A DNA stretch of 64,000 nucleotides from Octopus bimaculoides (lineage: Eukaryota), in the NCBI RefSeq assembly GCF_001194135.2, contig NC_068989.1, forward strand, positions 79,657,612 to 79,721,611. The letters run 5' to 3'. The notes under the pieces are model-generated. The model was not told the origin of the DNA. It ran no database searches and saw only the letters and a program-made list of their open reading frames with translations. A program made the position numbers and the translations under genes. Position 1 is the first letter of the stretch. Each line of letters opens with the position of its first letter. Below, in pieces: positions 1 to 12,619 of this stretch.

Positions 1-56
<56 letters not shown>
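1..56. repeat. (CA)n microsatellite running off the window start
   Basis: Perfect CA repeat seen directly. Confidence 0.99.
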
Positions 57-59
<3 letters not shown>

Positions 60-1399
60 GTATTTATGTTGCTGCAAGAGGATTTCCGATTATCCTATAT
101 GTGTGTGCGTACACGTGTGTATATCTGACTTATACGTATGCTTCTACGTAGGTATCAATATAATCACGTGTGAAAGTAATCAATACGGTGGTAGAGGTAC
201 CATATAGACTAATAGAGATTCAAAGATGAAGGAGTCGCTTCTCGAGTTTCACGGTTCCGCTCAAAGATGTAAATGGTGTTACGTTTTTCCTTTCATGATT
301 AAATAGGAGAAATACACGTATAGGCAAGCATACGCGCCATGTTTTGCTTTTAACTTTTTTTGCACCATGTGCTCTGTTTTTGGCGCAAAACAAAACCAGT
401 TGCATGGTCAGAGTTTAATGTGACAGATATGGATTATTACCCGGTAGGTCACACGGATGAAGCTCAGGGTTTAAATACCCAAAAGCCGAAACCTAGTTTC
501 TGGATATCCCTAATTGTATAATATTTTTATTTGTGCTGTTAAATGTTTTAATTCTTTCTGTTTTCCTCGCATACTGTTTTACTCTGTTATGTTGGTGCGG
601 TACGGTGAATGAATTTAAGACTTTAGCTCTTATTTCTAGCAGGTCGATGCTTGTTAAGCATCATTACGCTTCGTGCAAATTTATAATTCATAGCTATTTA
701 ATGCTATTGTGCCTGCAATCCATCTGTGTCACTGCTGGTGATATCACAATTTTAAAATTTATCCACAGATGATAAAAACAGTAGTGACATCTGATTTCAA
801 ATCTCAGTGTTTGAATGTTTTGCTTATATGTATATATATATATATATATATGTATTCTCTCTTTTTCTCTCTCCCCACCTATGTATATATAATATATATA
901 TATACCACCTTCATCCACTGGAAATGCTAAACAAAATCAACACTCCTCTGCCATAGAGCACAAGTTATTCAAACATCTATAATACATGACTTATTTCGCT
1001 GACAGCTCTACCACATTTGATCAATAGATTCGCAGATAAAAAAAAAATCTCCAGCCATATTTCACACATTCTTAATCAGCTCTAAATACAGTACGTCGTT
1101 ACCTTCAAAAGCTTGTTATCATCACTTGCTCAGATTGCTGATTTCTGTAGCTTTATTCCAATTACAACGGTATCATCTCATACAATACACCTGCTCTTAT
1201 CACATTGATCTTAATTTTGCTTTTGTTCTTAAGCTGTTATTCATTTATTTGTATGCTATTTACATTTCATTCTCAATCAATATATTGTTTTACGGGTAAC
1301 CCTGGTAGTATCATTTTACCAGCAAGCAGGTGTAATTTCCTTCCTATAGGTAAAATCAGCTCAAAGATGTCTCCTGAAGCCTGATGAAGAGAAATCGCA

Positions 1400-1411
1400 T
1401 GAGTGTGTGTG

Positions 1412-1465
<54 letters not shown>

Positions 1466-1505
1466 TGTGTGTTTTTGTGTTTGTGTACATATATATATAT
1501 ATATA
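1400..1505. repeat. Compound (TG)n/(TA)n microsatellite
   Basis: Seen directly; explains ORFs 1356..1553 and 1384..1593. Confidence 0.97.
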
Positions 1506-2173
1506 TACATTGTTGTATATCAGGAGAATCATAATGTTAATAAACACATACACTGATTCAATTTCCCTTCTTTCTTGTCAGTCACTTGGTTAGCTATTTA
1601 ACCGAAAAATTGATCGTTTGATTAAACATTCACTTAATCAATCAATCAATCAATTCTTTGCCAAACTCCTTTCAACGCTTTTCACGACCCCGTCAGTAAC
1701 ATGCCTTCCGTACTCCAGGTACATGTACATGCGTGTGTGTGTGGGTACGTGTTTGTGTTATGTTTGTGTGGAGTGAAGTATAGACAAACAACAACCGGTG
1801 AGTATGCTTATAGGCTTAATCAATTATAACTCTTCCCACATATCACAGCATTTATTTATAGACTGTATTTTGGCAACCGATCAGTAACGGCCGTAAGATA
1901 TGTTACGTCACCTATTTTTTTATTTCATACTTTGTATTAAAAAATAAGTTATAAATATGGTCTAATCGATGTGATGGCTAATGTGTGGTTTTTCTCCATT
2001 TTCTAATTATTTGCATTGGTTCCTAATAAACTCTTGTTTATGCTGCTGTTATCTGCACTTTACGTGTATGTTGTGCCTGCACACCAATGCCCGGTAATAA
2101 TACAGTTTACGGATACCGATAGCATATACGGATATTTTATCCCTTAGTCGGTTACTATAACCGATCTGTTTAG

Positions 2174-2178
2174 ACACA

Positions 2179-2241
<63 letters not shown>
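2174..2241. repeat. Compound (AC)n(CG)n(AT)n alternating purine-pyrimidine tract
   Basis: Seen directly; includes about 8 CG units. Confidence 0.95.
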
Positions 2242-2248
<7 letters not shown>

Positions 2249-2594
2249 GGAATACAGAAAAAAGGGACTGGAACGCAAAACATCCAGACAGATGATACAA
2301 AAAAGGTACAAAAAAAAAACAAGGACGGGTCATTCGGAATTTTCTTTCCTCAGTCAAGTTCCAGATTGTCTTTGCCATGTCGGCAGGTTATACTTGTCAA
2401 GCGAAAGCGACTGTTTAAAGAAGATCTGAGAAACCGTAAAGCAAATTCCCCTTTTTTTTTACCAATTTAATGCTCACACTTGTGTTTTTCAGTATGACTT
2501 GTCGACCACCACTGAAATTAATGATCCTTGTACATTCTAACAACTAAATATAGTTTTAATTTCAAATGTACACCTTCTGTTTTGAACATGATAA

Positions 2595-2690
2595 TTTATC
2601 AACATTGAAACATTTTAATTTGTCAACATTGAAATATTTTAGTTTGTCAACATTGAAACATTTTGATTTGCCAACATTGGAACTTTTAAC
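2595..2690. repeat. 24-bp minisatellite, 4 copies (consensus TTTGTCAACATTGAAACATTTTAA)
   Basis: Copies start at 2595, 2619, 2643 and 2667. Confidence 0.9.
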
Positions 2691-2831
2691 GATGTTTTTC
2701 TAATTTTACACTTTTACCATTGATAAACAAGAAATATTGTTGAAACTAGTTTGGTATATATGTAAATAAATGTATTTTAAACATTATGAGCTTTTGAAAG
2801 TGCATCTTCAAAAACATATTTTCCTGTAGGC

Positions 2832-2864
<33 letters not shown>

Positions 2865-3032
2865 NNNNNNNNNNNNNNNNNNNNNNNNNNNNNNNNNNNN
2901 NNNNNNNNNNNNNNNNNNNNNNNNNNNNNNNNNNNNNNNNNNNNNNNNNNNNNNNNNNNNNNNNNNNNNNNNNNNNNNNNNNNNNNNNNNNNNNNNNNNN
3001 NNNNNNNNNNNNNNNNNNNNNNNNNNNNNNNN

Positions 3033-3086
3033 AGTTACGGGGACGTAAACACACCAGCATCGGTTGTCAAGCGATGGTGGGGGGGA

Positions 3087-3140
<54 letters not shown>

Positions 3141-3310
3141 CATATATACGACGGGTTTCTTTCAGTTTCCGTTTACCAAGCCCAATCACAAGGCTTTGGT
3201 TGGCCCGAGGCTATAGTAGAAGACACTTGCCCAAGGTGCTACGCAGTGGGACTGAACCCGGAACTATGTGGTTGGTAAGCAAGCTACTTACCACACAGCC
3301 ACTCCTATAT
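3033..3310 (-). mobile_element. SINE family B (tRNA-like head, CORE-like body, internal microsatellite); 3' part lost in gap
   Basis: Reverse complement matches the full copy at 33521-33973 (GGAGTGGCTGTGTGGTAAG...GGTTCCGGGTTCAGTCCC...CTTGGGCAAGTGTCTTCTACTATAGCC). Confidence 0.9.
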
Positions 3311-3316
3311 ATATAT

Positions 3317-3476
3317 TCGTCTGCCTTTACGTTTTGTGTTCAAATTCCGCCAAGGTCAACTTTGCCTTTCATCTTCTCGGGGTCGATAAATTAAGAACCA
3401 GTTGCGTACTTGGATTGATCTAATCAACAAAGCCCCATCCCCAAAATTACGGGCCTTGTGCCTAGAGTAGAAAAGT
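3317..3476 (+). mobile_element. SINE family A, 5'-truncated, tail type A2
   Basis: Core TTCAAATTCCGCC..GGTC.ACTTTGCCTTTCATC..TCGGGGTCGATAAA and tail GGCCTTGTGCCTAGAGTAGAAAAG shared with 14010-14205. Confidence 0.88.
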
Positions 3477-4019
3477 ATATTTATATCAGTCTTATATCAA
3501 TTTTTAAAGAGGAAGAGCAGGTTGTATTCATTCTTTTCTCGATGACATCAGTGAATTAAATAAGGTGAAGTGACTTCAGCGGGAGCGTGAAATTAAATCA
3601 TCGCTCTCAGGTAGTGAACTCATTTCATGTACTAAACACACTGTTCACCGTTGAAAAATAAAAAAACAGCTTGATTGAAATTCACCTGAAAAATATTTGC
3701 ATTTAAATGGAATCTTATTTCTTGCTATTTTTTTTAGATTTAAATTTCCGATGCCAACTAAGCATAAATTTTTGAAAATTTAAAACATAACCTTCCCTGA
3801 TACTGAATAAATTATAACTGTGAATGAATAATTCTTGAGCGAATAAAACCTGAAAACCATCATTGATATTTTCAACACCCTTTTTCTGGTAACGACCACA
3901 AATTATAATTACAGAATAGAGTAACCTGGGATTTTATCGGTAGAATATTATTCTTTTCCCTTATTTTATCATTCACAGTCATCACCTCCCATCTCTCCGT
4001 CTTTCTCTTTATAGTTTCC

Positions 4020-4221
4020 ACATTTTGGTTATAAGGCCAGCAAGAAGTTGATTTCATCGACTCCAGTGATCAAATAGGGCTTATTTTTTATCGAACTCGA
4101 AAGGATGAAAGGCAAAAATTGATCTTAGCGGGATTTGAACTCAGAACAAATGTAAAAGACGGACGAAATGTCGCTAAGCATTTTGCCCAGCATGCTGGCG
4201 ATTCCGCCATCTAGCCGCCTG
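4020..4221 (-). mobile_element. SINE family A
   Basis: Reverse core (AGGATGAAAGGCAAA...GATTTGAACTCAGAA) and head (CTAAGCATTTTGCCC...CCGCCT). Confidence 0.85.
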
Positions 4222-4553
4222 ATGCCTTTCTCCTCATTGTTTAATGAAATTATTGATACAGTAATCCCTCGACGGTTACGTGCTCCAATACCCACCGCGA
4301 TAGGTGAAAATTCGAAAAGTAGAAACAATACTGAGCTGTATATTTCTTTATTATTTTTATAATTTGTATATATTTTATAATAAATGCAAAACAACAACAA
4401 CACCGAGAAATCAACGTAAGCTTAAATAATACACCACGGTAGGTAAACCGCGATGTGGCGAGGGATTACAGTATACGTGGCACAAACAAGAAACCGGCAA
4501 TACACAGGCGAAAACATATATAAACACTTTAATTGTTAATATACAGTTTAAAA

Positions 4554-4891
4554 GTGAAGGCGCATGACTCAGTGATTAGAGCGTCGAGCTTACGAACGTG
4601 AGGTTGTGAGTTCGAATAGCGGACCGGGCTGCGTGTTGTGTTCTTGAGCAAGACACTTTATCTCACGTTGCTCCAGTTCACTCAGCTGTAGAAATGAGTT
4701 GCAACGTCACAGGTGCTAAGATGTGTCGGCCTTTGCCTTTCCCTTGGATAACACTGGTGACGTGGAGAGGGGAGACCGGTATACATAGGCGACTGCTGGC
4801 CTTCCATAAACAACCTTGCCCGGACTTGTGCTTGGGAGGGTAACTTTCTAGGTGCAATCCCATGGTCAGTCATGACCGAAGGGGGTCTCGG
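4554..4891 (+). mobile_element. SINE family D, full length, with target-site duplication
   Basis: tRNA-like A/B boxes (GACTCAGTGATTAGAGC; GGTTGTGAGTTCGAAT), body GTGTTCTTGAGCAAGACACTT; TSD CAGTTTAAAA at 4544-4553 and 4892-4901. Confidence 0.9.
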
Positions 4892-4901
4892 CAGTTTAAA
4901 A

Positions 4902-5760
4902 GATGAAAAAAAAAAAAACAGAAAGTAGAGAAAAATGAAGAAAGGAAAAAAGGGTGCAAAGTAGTGGAAGACAGAGGGGGAGGCGCGATGGGTTGCATAT
5001 CCCAGAACAACATGAGAGTTGCTCAGTAGCAGAGAATGGCCAGCGACACTCGCTACAGCGGCCAATCCATCTCGCAGGGCTAATTTCTTCCACAGGCCAC
5101 TGCTATCCCTATTTTGCGGAGGAAATGGGTAGTACAGGGTCCTAAAACAGCCAACGTCTTGACTGCAACCGGTACAAACTGATAGCGGTCTGCCAGACTC
5201 CCGTACATATTGATTTTTGTCTCCTTCTCACTACGGGCGGCGACAGCAGGGTTTGCGGTAGATGTTGCAAGGTTGGAGCCGGAGAACGTGTCGCTGTACG
5301 TCGCGTCCTCCACTTGAAACCTGCCTCCCTTGAATGGCAAGCGGGTTGTCCAGCCGGAGCGCTTACCGTCAATTCGGTGGAGACCTGCTGGCTCAAGTTG
5401 AGACGAGAAGCCAGCTGTGTCAAATTTCTTTCTGATTATATCATTCAGGTTGGCGTTTCAGGGCAATCGGCCCGCTCTAAGGTTGCAGGATAAAGAATGC
5501 AGGCCGGAATTCGTCTACTACCGCCCTGCAGCAACATTTGTACAGATCGCAGACGCTGAGACCGAGGCGTTGAGCCACCGCGAATCAAGTGCGCTCTTCG
5601 TCTAGAAGGGTGCCGTTAGATGAGGAAGGCACTGAATTGAGCCATGCACCGCTGTTAGGCTGCGAAGCGGAACGGAAGAAGTCTAGGCAGTGCTGGTCAA
5701 GTGATGTCTCTTGCTACTCGAGGTTGGACTGAATCTGAAGTCGTTTACTAAATCTTACAG
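4902..5760 (-). mobile_element. Degenerate 3' end of a CRE-type non-LTR retrotransposon (zinc knuckle plus restriction-like endonuclease)
   Basis: Manual translation: SGAWLNSVPSS..LLD..*FAVAQRLGLSVCDLYKCCCRAVVDEF/GLHSLSC..GR..NANLNDII..AGFSSQLEPAGLHRIDGKRSG..DATYSDT..YGSLADRYQFVPVAVKTL..LGP..FLRKIG..RVSLAI. This follows the motif order of CRE-clade ORF C-termini; it has stops and a frameshift. GC-rich relative to flanks. Confidence 0.85.
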
Positions 5761-6226
5761 GTAAATTTATTTATAATATGTTTGTGTGCATAAGACAGCC
5801 ATTTTAGTTTGTAATCGTCACATCATTTCTTTTAATTCTCTTCCATTTAGTGAAATAGCATAATCGTTTACCTTGTTTTTCTGTTCAGTGATTAATGGTA
5901 ATGCTAATTGATTAATGTTCAGTTTGAAGCATACATTGAAAATAATAAAACGAAAGTCAAAGCAATTTATTATATATGTTGATAAATAGTTGTGTCAATC
6001 GGATGTGGATACGTTTTGTTACGTATATATCTGTGCAATATTGAATGGAATAAAAGGAGGAACGATTGTGCTATCCTGATACGTGAAGCAAAAGGGCAAA
6101 AGTAAAGGAAATAAGATATGGTGAATCAATTATTCAACGATACTGTATTAACAGCAGGAATAAAGTAAACCTCTCCATTCTCAATAAGGAGCTAGAAGGG
6201 CTAAATTGATAGTTGTCATAACTCAC

Positions 6227-6288
6227 AAATGTACAGCCTTTAGCTGTTATTTGGTAATTGGACGTGACTCCGAGGCAGAGTAATTCTT
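6227..6288 (-). CDS. Candidate internal exon (phase 1-0), ELLCLGVTSNYQITAKGCTF; unverified
   Basis: Acceptor TTTTACCGACAG, donor TTT|GTGAGT, open frame; no recognisable domain. Confidence 0.2.
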
Positions 6289-6538
6289 CTGTCGGTAAAA
6301 TCCCAAAGATGAACATTACCAGCGTATGAAATAATTTTTCTGTTCAAGATATAAATTTTACTGAACGAGTTCAGCTTATTAAATTAAAGGATGGGGATCT
6401 CCTTACAATAATATTTACGATTTTTATTTGCCTTCATGCTTATTTTTTTTCTTTTTACTAACTATGTACAACTTTGAAGAAATTAGCTTTGAATTAAATT
6501 CACTAATGAGAAAATATTACTGTCAATGAGATATGTGA

Positions 6539-6586
<48 letters not shown>

Positions 6587-7149
6587 NNNNNNNNNNNNNN
6601 NNNNNNNNNNNNNNNNNNNNNNNNNNNNNNNNNNNNNNNNNNNNNNNNNNNNNNNNNNNNNNNNNNNNNNNNNNNNNNNNNNNNNNNNNNNNNNNNNNNN
6701 NNNNNNNNNNNNNNNNNNNNNNNNNNNNNNNNNNNNNNNNNNNNNNNNNNNNNNNNNNNNNNNNNNNNNNNNNNNNNNNNNNNNNNNNNNNNNNNNNNNN
6801 NNNNNNNNNNNNNNNNNNNNNNNNNNNNNNNNNNNNNNNNNNNNNNNNNNNNNNNNNNNNNNNNNNNNNNNNNNNNNNNNNNNNNNAGTGTGAGGGAACT
6901 GAGAGAAGGGGGAAAAACAGAGGCAGCGAGTGAATAACGCGATAATACTTAACTTTACTTGCTTCAGTCATTGGACTGCGGCCTTTTCTCGAATGGTTCA
7001 GTCGAACAAGACGGCCTCAGTACTGATTTTTCAAAAGTCTGATACTTTAACTAAAGACCCCCATTGCCGAATTGCTAAGTTACGAGGACGATGGCAGTCA
7101 AACATACAAGAGAGAATCACACACACGCACCCTCAATGCACGCACGCAC

Positions 7150-7187
<38 letters not shown>

Positions 7188-7877
7188 ATACACACATATA
7201 TAAAGTGGAAGTGTTAATAAAAACGGAAGAAAAAAAAAGAAAATTAGTTACATACCCTTTGACCATAAAGGCCACATTTAAACTAGTTGTTAAAATATTT
7301 CAACAGGGAGGTGTTCAAAGTCTTCGAGACTTTGTTTTTATTCATCTTTACACTTTTTGCATTAGCTTTCTCGTTTTCTCTTATGATTTTTCATATACCA
7401 TTGGCCAGATTTTCAGTCGAACAGATTGTTTTTGAGACATAAAGCGTATTATAAAAATTTGTCCAGACACGTGTCTTCATAGCAAGAAACTAATAGTAGC
7501 TCGTATCTTTATTATACTGTTCATATCAAACGATATTTATCTTACACTACTTAGAGTACTTTTTGGTTGATCCTACCTTAACAGAACAGTATTATATATA
7601 TATATATATATACAGTGTGTAAGAGACAGCAAACTTATATTCATAAATATGCGTGTGTGTGTGTGAGTGTTCATGTATACGCAAGCAAGATTCTAAAACG
7701 ATTTTGGATACGTCAAAAGTTATAGAAACATCTTTAAAATTCCAATGTTAATAACTTTCAAGAAAAATGTTTCTATTTATGTTTACTCTGATCCCCATAT
7801 TTGTTTACTTTGTTCCCTATATTTCCTCAAAGCCTAATATTTACTCTCCGAAGCACTCATTCACTGTAATAACTTAC

Positions 7878-7937
7878 CCCTTCTCTTCTCTCCCACCTTC
7901 TTTACATTTGCATTCACTTCCCTTTCACTTCCGCTGG
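7878..7937 (-). CDS. Candidate 60-nt internal exon (phase 1-1), SGSEREVNANVKKVGEKRR; unverified
   Basis: Acceptor TTCGTTTACTATTGTTATAACAG, donor GGG|GTAAGT, purine-rich, one open frame. Confidence 0.25.
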
Positions 7938-8739
7938 CTGTTATAACAATAGTAAACGAAATTCCGAAGTGAAGAAAATGTTGTCCAAATACAGCAAAAA
8001 AAAAAAAGAGATTCATATTTAACTATTTGATAACTTTCAATTTTTCATTAAAATGATTAAATTTCGCTTCATTATTTACGCACCCTTTCATATGAAATAT
8101 GCTTCAATTCTCATTCGAATGTTTAAATGCAAGTATAGGTGGATCAAACTATGTAGTTAAGAGAGACACGCGCAACGCGAATGATTCCTGACGTATTGGG
8201 TTGTATATCAGATAATGTTTGACTTGCGCAGAATATCGTCATACACTTTTTTATATAAATATTATGTATGTGTGTTTGTGTGTGTGTTCGTGCGCGCGTG
8301 TGTGTGTACATAAATATATGTGTGAACTTGTTTATATGTATTTATGTGTATGCATATCCGATGAGAAATATGAAAAAGCTATTTATGCGAAAGTGAGCTA
8401 TATAGAAGAAGCAAGCTTAATTGAGTATCTTGAGATGAGAGAAGGTGAGGGAGCAGTAAATAATTGAAGCTCATGGGGTATAGAAAAAATATAATCATAT
8501 ATTTATGCACAAAACATGAAGAAAAACTAAAGGAAGATGTCACATCATGCGTATACGTAAAATTAAGCCGAAGAAAATAAATAATTAGCACTCAATAAGG
8601 ATACGCAATATTCTATAGAACAAAATTCCATTTCAAGTTTCTTTTCTAATTAGAAAAAAAAAAAGCCAGTGGCATTCTATCAAAAATTTCCACTTTTTAC
8701 ATGGAATGCTTTGCAACAGTACTTATCATGGAGGTTTTA

Positions 8740-9010
8740 ACATGAAGATGCGAATGTGGAAGGAGAAATTCAAATATTCAAAGGATATGTAAAGCACTTC
8801 AATGAACTTTCTAAAACTTTCAAACATGTTTCTAGAGAGATGCCACTAATACTGTAATAGCATTTCCAGACTGTAACAGGAAGAACGTTTCTTAGAATAC
8901 ACTTAGTGTCCATTCTCAAAATGCAAGAAGTTGCTTAGCGACCTTGATATGACCAGTAACAAACATGAAAGGTTAAATAATCTGACAACCTATATCATTG
9001 ATTAACCACT
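8740..9010 (+). mobile_element. Possible decayed hAT transposase C-terminal (dimerisation) region
   Basis: Fragments EDANVEGEIQIFKGYVKHF and KHERLNNLTTYIID resemble the hAT STM.QERLNNL..L.IE motif; heavily frameshifted. Confidence 0.3.
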
Positions 9011-9289
9011 GAGCACAGCACTTTAAAATTTGTGGTACCTTAATTTTCATGTTGCCAAGCTTACTATGATAGAGAAATAGTATTTCTTTATTGCGCGTAT
9101 CTAAAACTTTACCTATGCTGTGCGTATCTGTTCTTAAATGTACGTGTTAGCAAAATCTCAATAAATCTCTTCTTTGTTGTGTGCCAACTTTGCTTCTGTA
9201 TACTTCACTAGCTCTACTCCTTCCTGGAACATTTCAACATCAAGTGGGTAGTTTGTAATTTTGGCGAAATTATACTGAGCTTGAGTAAA

Positions 9290-10560
9290 TAACGCAAGAC
9301 TCTTGGTACATTTTATTTCTTTTCTTTTTTTCCGGCTTTGTACATTCTGCTATCGAATACGAGGTAGCATTCACATGTGACTCACTTTAAAGCATCCGAT
9401 CTTTGGGTGCTTTAGCTGAGTTTAATCTGTTACAAGCATTCAACAGGATGCTAACTGTATGATGACTTCTTAAATCCCGCCTCACACTAGTCTTGGCGGT
9501 TCTGTAAATGTCCATGGAAGCTAATTTTCTTTCTAACTAAATGATTAAAGCATGATTTTAAGAGACTTGTGGTAAGATGGAAATGCATTTGTACAAAGCT
9601 AAGAAAAGCTTTATTATCTACTATAATTCCCTTTTGCCTTCCTATAAATGTGATACCTAGCTGTGTTCAAGTCTCCTGTAATATCTAAGAAAAAAAACTG
9701 AACTACATAAATATCGATAGTAATTGTAATTTCAAAATGAACATTAAAAGAATGTTTCCGCAAAAAGCATAAACTGTTGATTGTTTATAGAACGGGACAT
9801 TAAGAGGTCATCAACTCTATAAAGTCTGCAATCAGCGAGATGAATCTCTTTCGAAGTGAAGCAATTAAATTAACATTAATAACTGTATTCGAAACTATAT
9901 ACCAGATAATAGCTTCATCAAATAACTCTCCGTCATTACGTTTATGTCTAAAACTGTCTTTAAAAAACAACAACAATAAACCTTTCTAACATGAATAGAA
10001 AACTAAATTTTTAAAAATCAATGGTACAAAACTCTTTACACACTCTAAACATATATAGATAAATTGGATAAACTACTGCTAAAATGGACAATTTATAAAT
10101 ATATTTGTTGCCAATTTGCTTAACCCAATTAATTAGAGTTAGTGCTGAAGTATCGCTCTTCTAATTTTAAATCTTTACACGTTTTATATTTACTAAATAA
10201 TTCCAGTTGTTTTGTTGCCTAAATATTAAGTTCTGTTATCAGTATATCTTTCATAGCAAACGCTGGGACTCTATAAGTGTCAGTTAGTTTTGGTTACATT
10301 GTATGTATTTGAAATATAATTCTAAAAAAGATAGACTGTTCTGAACATGTGAGCCTCATAAAGGTTTGTCGTCTTCTCAAAATGTCCATATTGAAGAGTA
10401 CTGGTGTGTTTGTTTTTAGATATTCTTGGAAGGTAATCATATCAGGACGAAATTTTATATTCGCAATCATCTTCGAAATGTTATTTCTCAAAATTGCCCG
10501 AAAGTATATTACGCAGACAACGAATTCTTGTTCTAAAATCATATTTTCGCTCACCAAAAA
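9290..10560 (-). mobile_element. Probable Academ-type transposase fossil (XPG/PIN-like domain plus Cys-rich tail)
   Basis: Ordered fragments: KMIANIKFRPDMITFQEYL (about 10480-10420); GAAGAGCGATACT resembling EEADT with a 2-nt loss (10161-10149); IDIYVVQFF..GDLNTARYHIYRK (about 9720-9640); VTCEC and KEIKCTKS (about 9390-9295). Confidence 0.5.
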
Positions 10561-11134
10561 CTATACTTTATTTATTATTGAAGAAATATATTTCCCCTTA
10601 CATTTTTATATCGAAGAGTTCATTTCCTTTTCGATTAAACAACTTGAAGAGCTATTTCTTGGATAAAACGAAATATTTTAAAGTGAATACAAGGTTTTGT
10701 ATTAATACAACTTTCGTATCTCTAAATACGCAATCGTGAAAAAAGACATATCGATATATAAAGTAAATTGAAGAATACTAATGAATAATCATACATTAAA
10801 CTTTCGATGAGAATATATATTATTATAAAGTACGAATTTCTTAGGGTTATAAATTTGTTGTGACCATGTTTTGTAAATACTAAGATTTAAAACTTTACGA
10901 TACAAAATTTAAACTATTAGTAAATATTGAGTTTCACATGACATCGAATTGTAAATAACTACAGTACTGACAAATCCCCTCCTCTCAAAATTGCCAACTT
11001 TGTGCTTATGTTTATGAAGAAATTTCCCCATTAGAGAGAGTTGTAACAAAATGCGACATTTTGTATTGAGCAACCATCTGACAAGTTCAGCGCTAATAAA
11101 GTTTTGAGCAATGAATATAAATATAAGTATCAAA

Positions 11135-11550
11135 TTTTGGCACAAGCCAGCACATCCGTGGTTTGGGCTACGCCGATTAAATCGTCCCATTTTATCGACC
11201 TCGAAAGGGTGAAAGGCAAAGTTTACCTCGGCAGCATTTGAACTCAGAAGGTAACGACGGACAAAATGCTTAACAGCATTTTGCCCGGACTACTTATGAT
11301 TCTCCAGCTCACCGTCTTCTAATAAGGGATATCAATATTGGTTTCTAATTTTTGCACGGGGCCAGTAATTAAAGGGAAGCAGGTAAGTTAGTTACATCGA
11401 TCCAAGGGCTCAACTGGTACTTAGTATATCAACCTCAAAAGGATGAAAGGCAAAGTAATTCTCGGCGGAATTTGATCTCAGAAAGAATGTAAAGGCGGGC
11501 GAAATGCCACTGAGCATTTTTCCCGGCTAACGGTTCTGTCAACTTCCCAC
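11135..11550 (-). mobile_element. Two adjacent SINE family A copies (about 11135-11318 and 11335-11550)
   Basis: Each has the reverse core GAAAGGCAAAG..CTCGGC.G.ATTTGA.CTCAGAA. Confidence 0.85.
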
Positions 11551-12619
11551 ATTATAGTAATAAATACAAATATTAGTAACATTTTAAAGTCAGATCCGAT
11601 AAGGGTGGTCATATGTGTTGTCCACGTTCGCTCAAGACTTCCTTTATCCAACAATTCTCATTTTAAATCGACATTACTGTGTGCTACTTATCAACGATCT
11701 AGGGAATATAATTAATACTTTTTGATAGCAATGGAAATGAACCATACTGGGGTAGTTTAGACATGAACCAGAAACCATAACATAGTCGTTGCTTCATCTG
11801 TCTAGCAAGTGAACAATTTGCTTTATTCGTTTAAATTTACATCATTTCATTGCTGTTATATGACTCCGCTATTTTGAAGACTAATCGTCATTGGTGTTAT
11901 TCAACCGTCCAGCGGTAATAAACAGAATTAATAACCTTTCCTTTTAAGTTTACATATATTATACTGCAACAATGTGATGTTAGGAAAGAAACTAAATGCA
12001 AAACTATTTTTCAAAGTATAATACGTCTCCATAATTCTGCATTAATAAAAGGCGATTGATCATCAGCATGAAAATGTTAGATAGTTTTTTTTTAATGCTT
12101 TAATGGCATATCGCTTATGAATTGTAACTTTTTAAACTATAAACATAACAGTGACAAAATAGCTACCAAATATAATAGATCAAACATATTTACCAAAACA
12201 TGTCAGTACCTAACAATTTCATACATTAAAACTCCACCTCCATCACCATTACAAATTATGAAATAAGCTTTTCTCTGTAAAAGGATTCTCGAAAAGTTGA
12301 AACGAAGAGTAATTGGAATAATCACTTTCAAATGTAGCTGAGTCATGCTGATTTCCATAATGAATAATAAAATAACATCAGCCGCCATAATAAATGAATA
12401 TGAATAGAATATACTGTGGGAGGATAGTATCAATCATTGAAACTTTCATTTATAATTTTAGTATTGGAAAATATGGAAAGAAATGTAAATGACTTCGTAC
12501 ATTGTAGACTTATCGTCTGATAGTGAGATCATACTCGGCGTTGCCCTGACTATGACGAAAGAAACTTAATCTTCATTAAGTTCACTTCTGTTAAAATAAT
12601 TCTTTCTAACTTTATCAGA

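Noticed and set aside
378-392. E2F-like site TTTTGGCGCAAAA
   Set aside because: Single short motif with no supporting promoter evidence.
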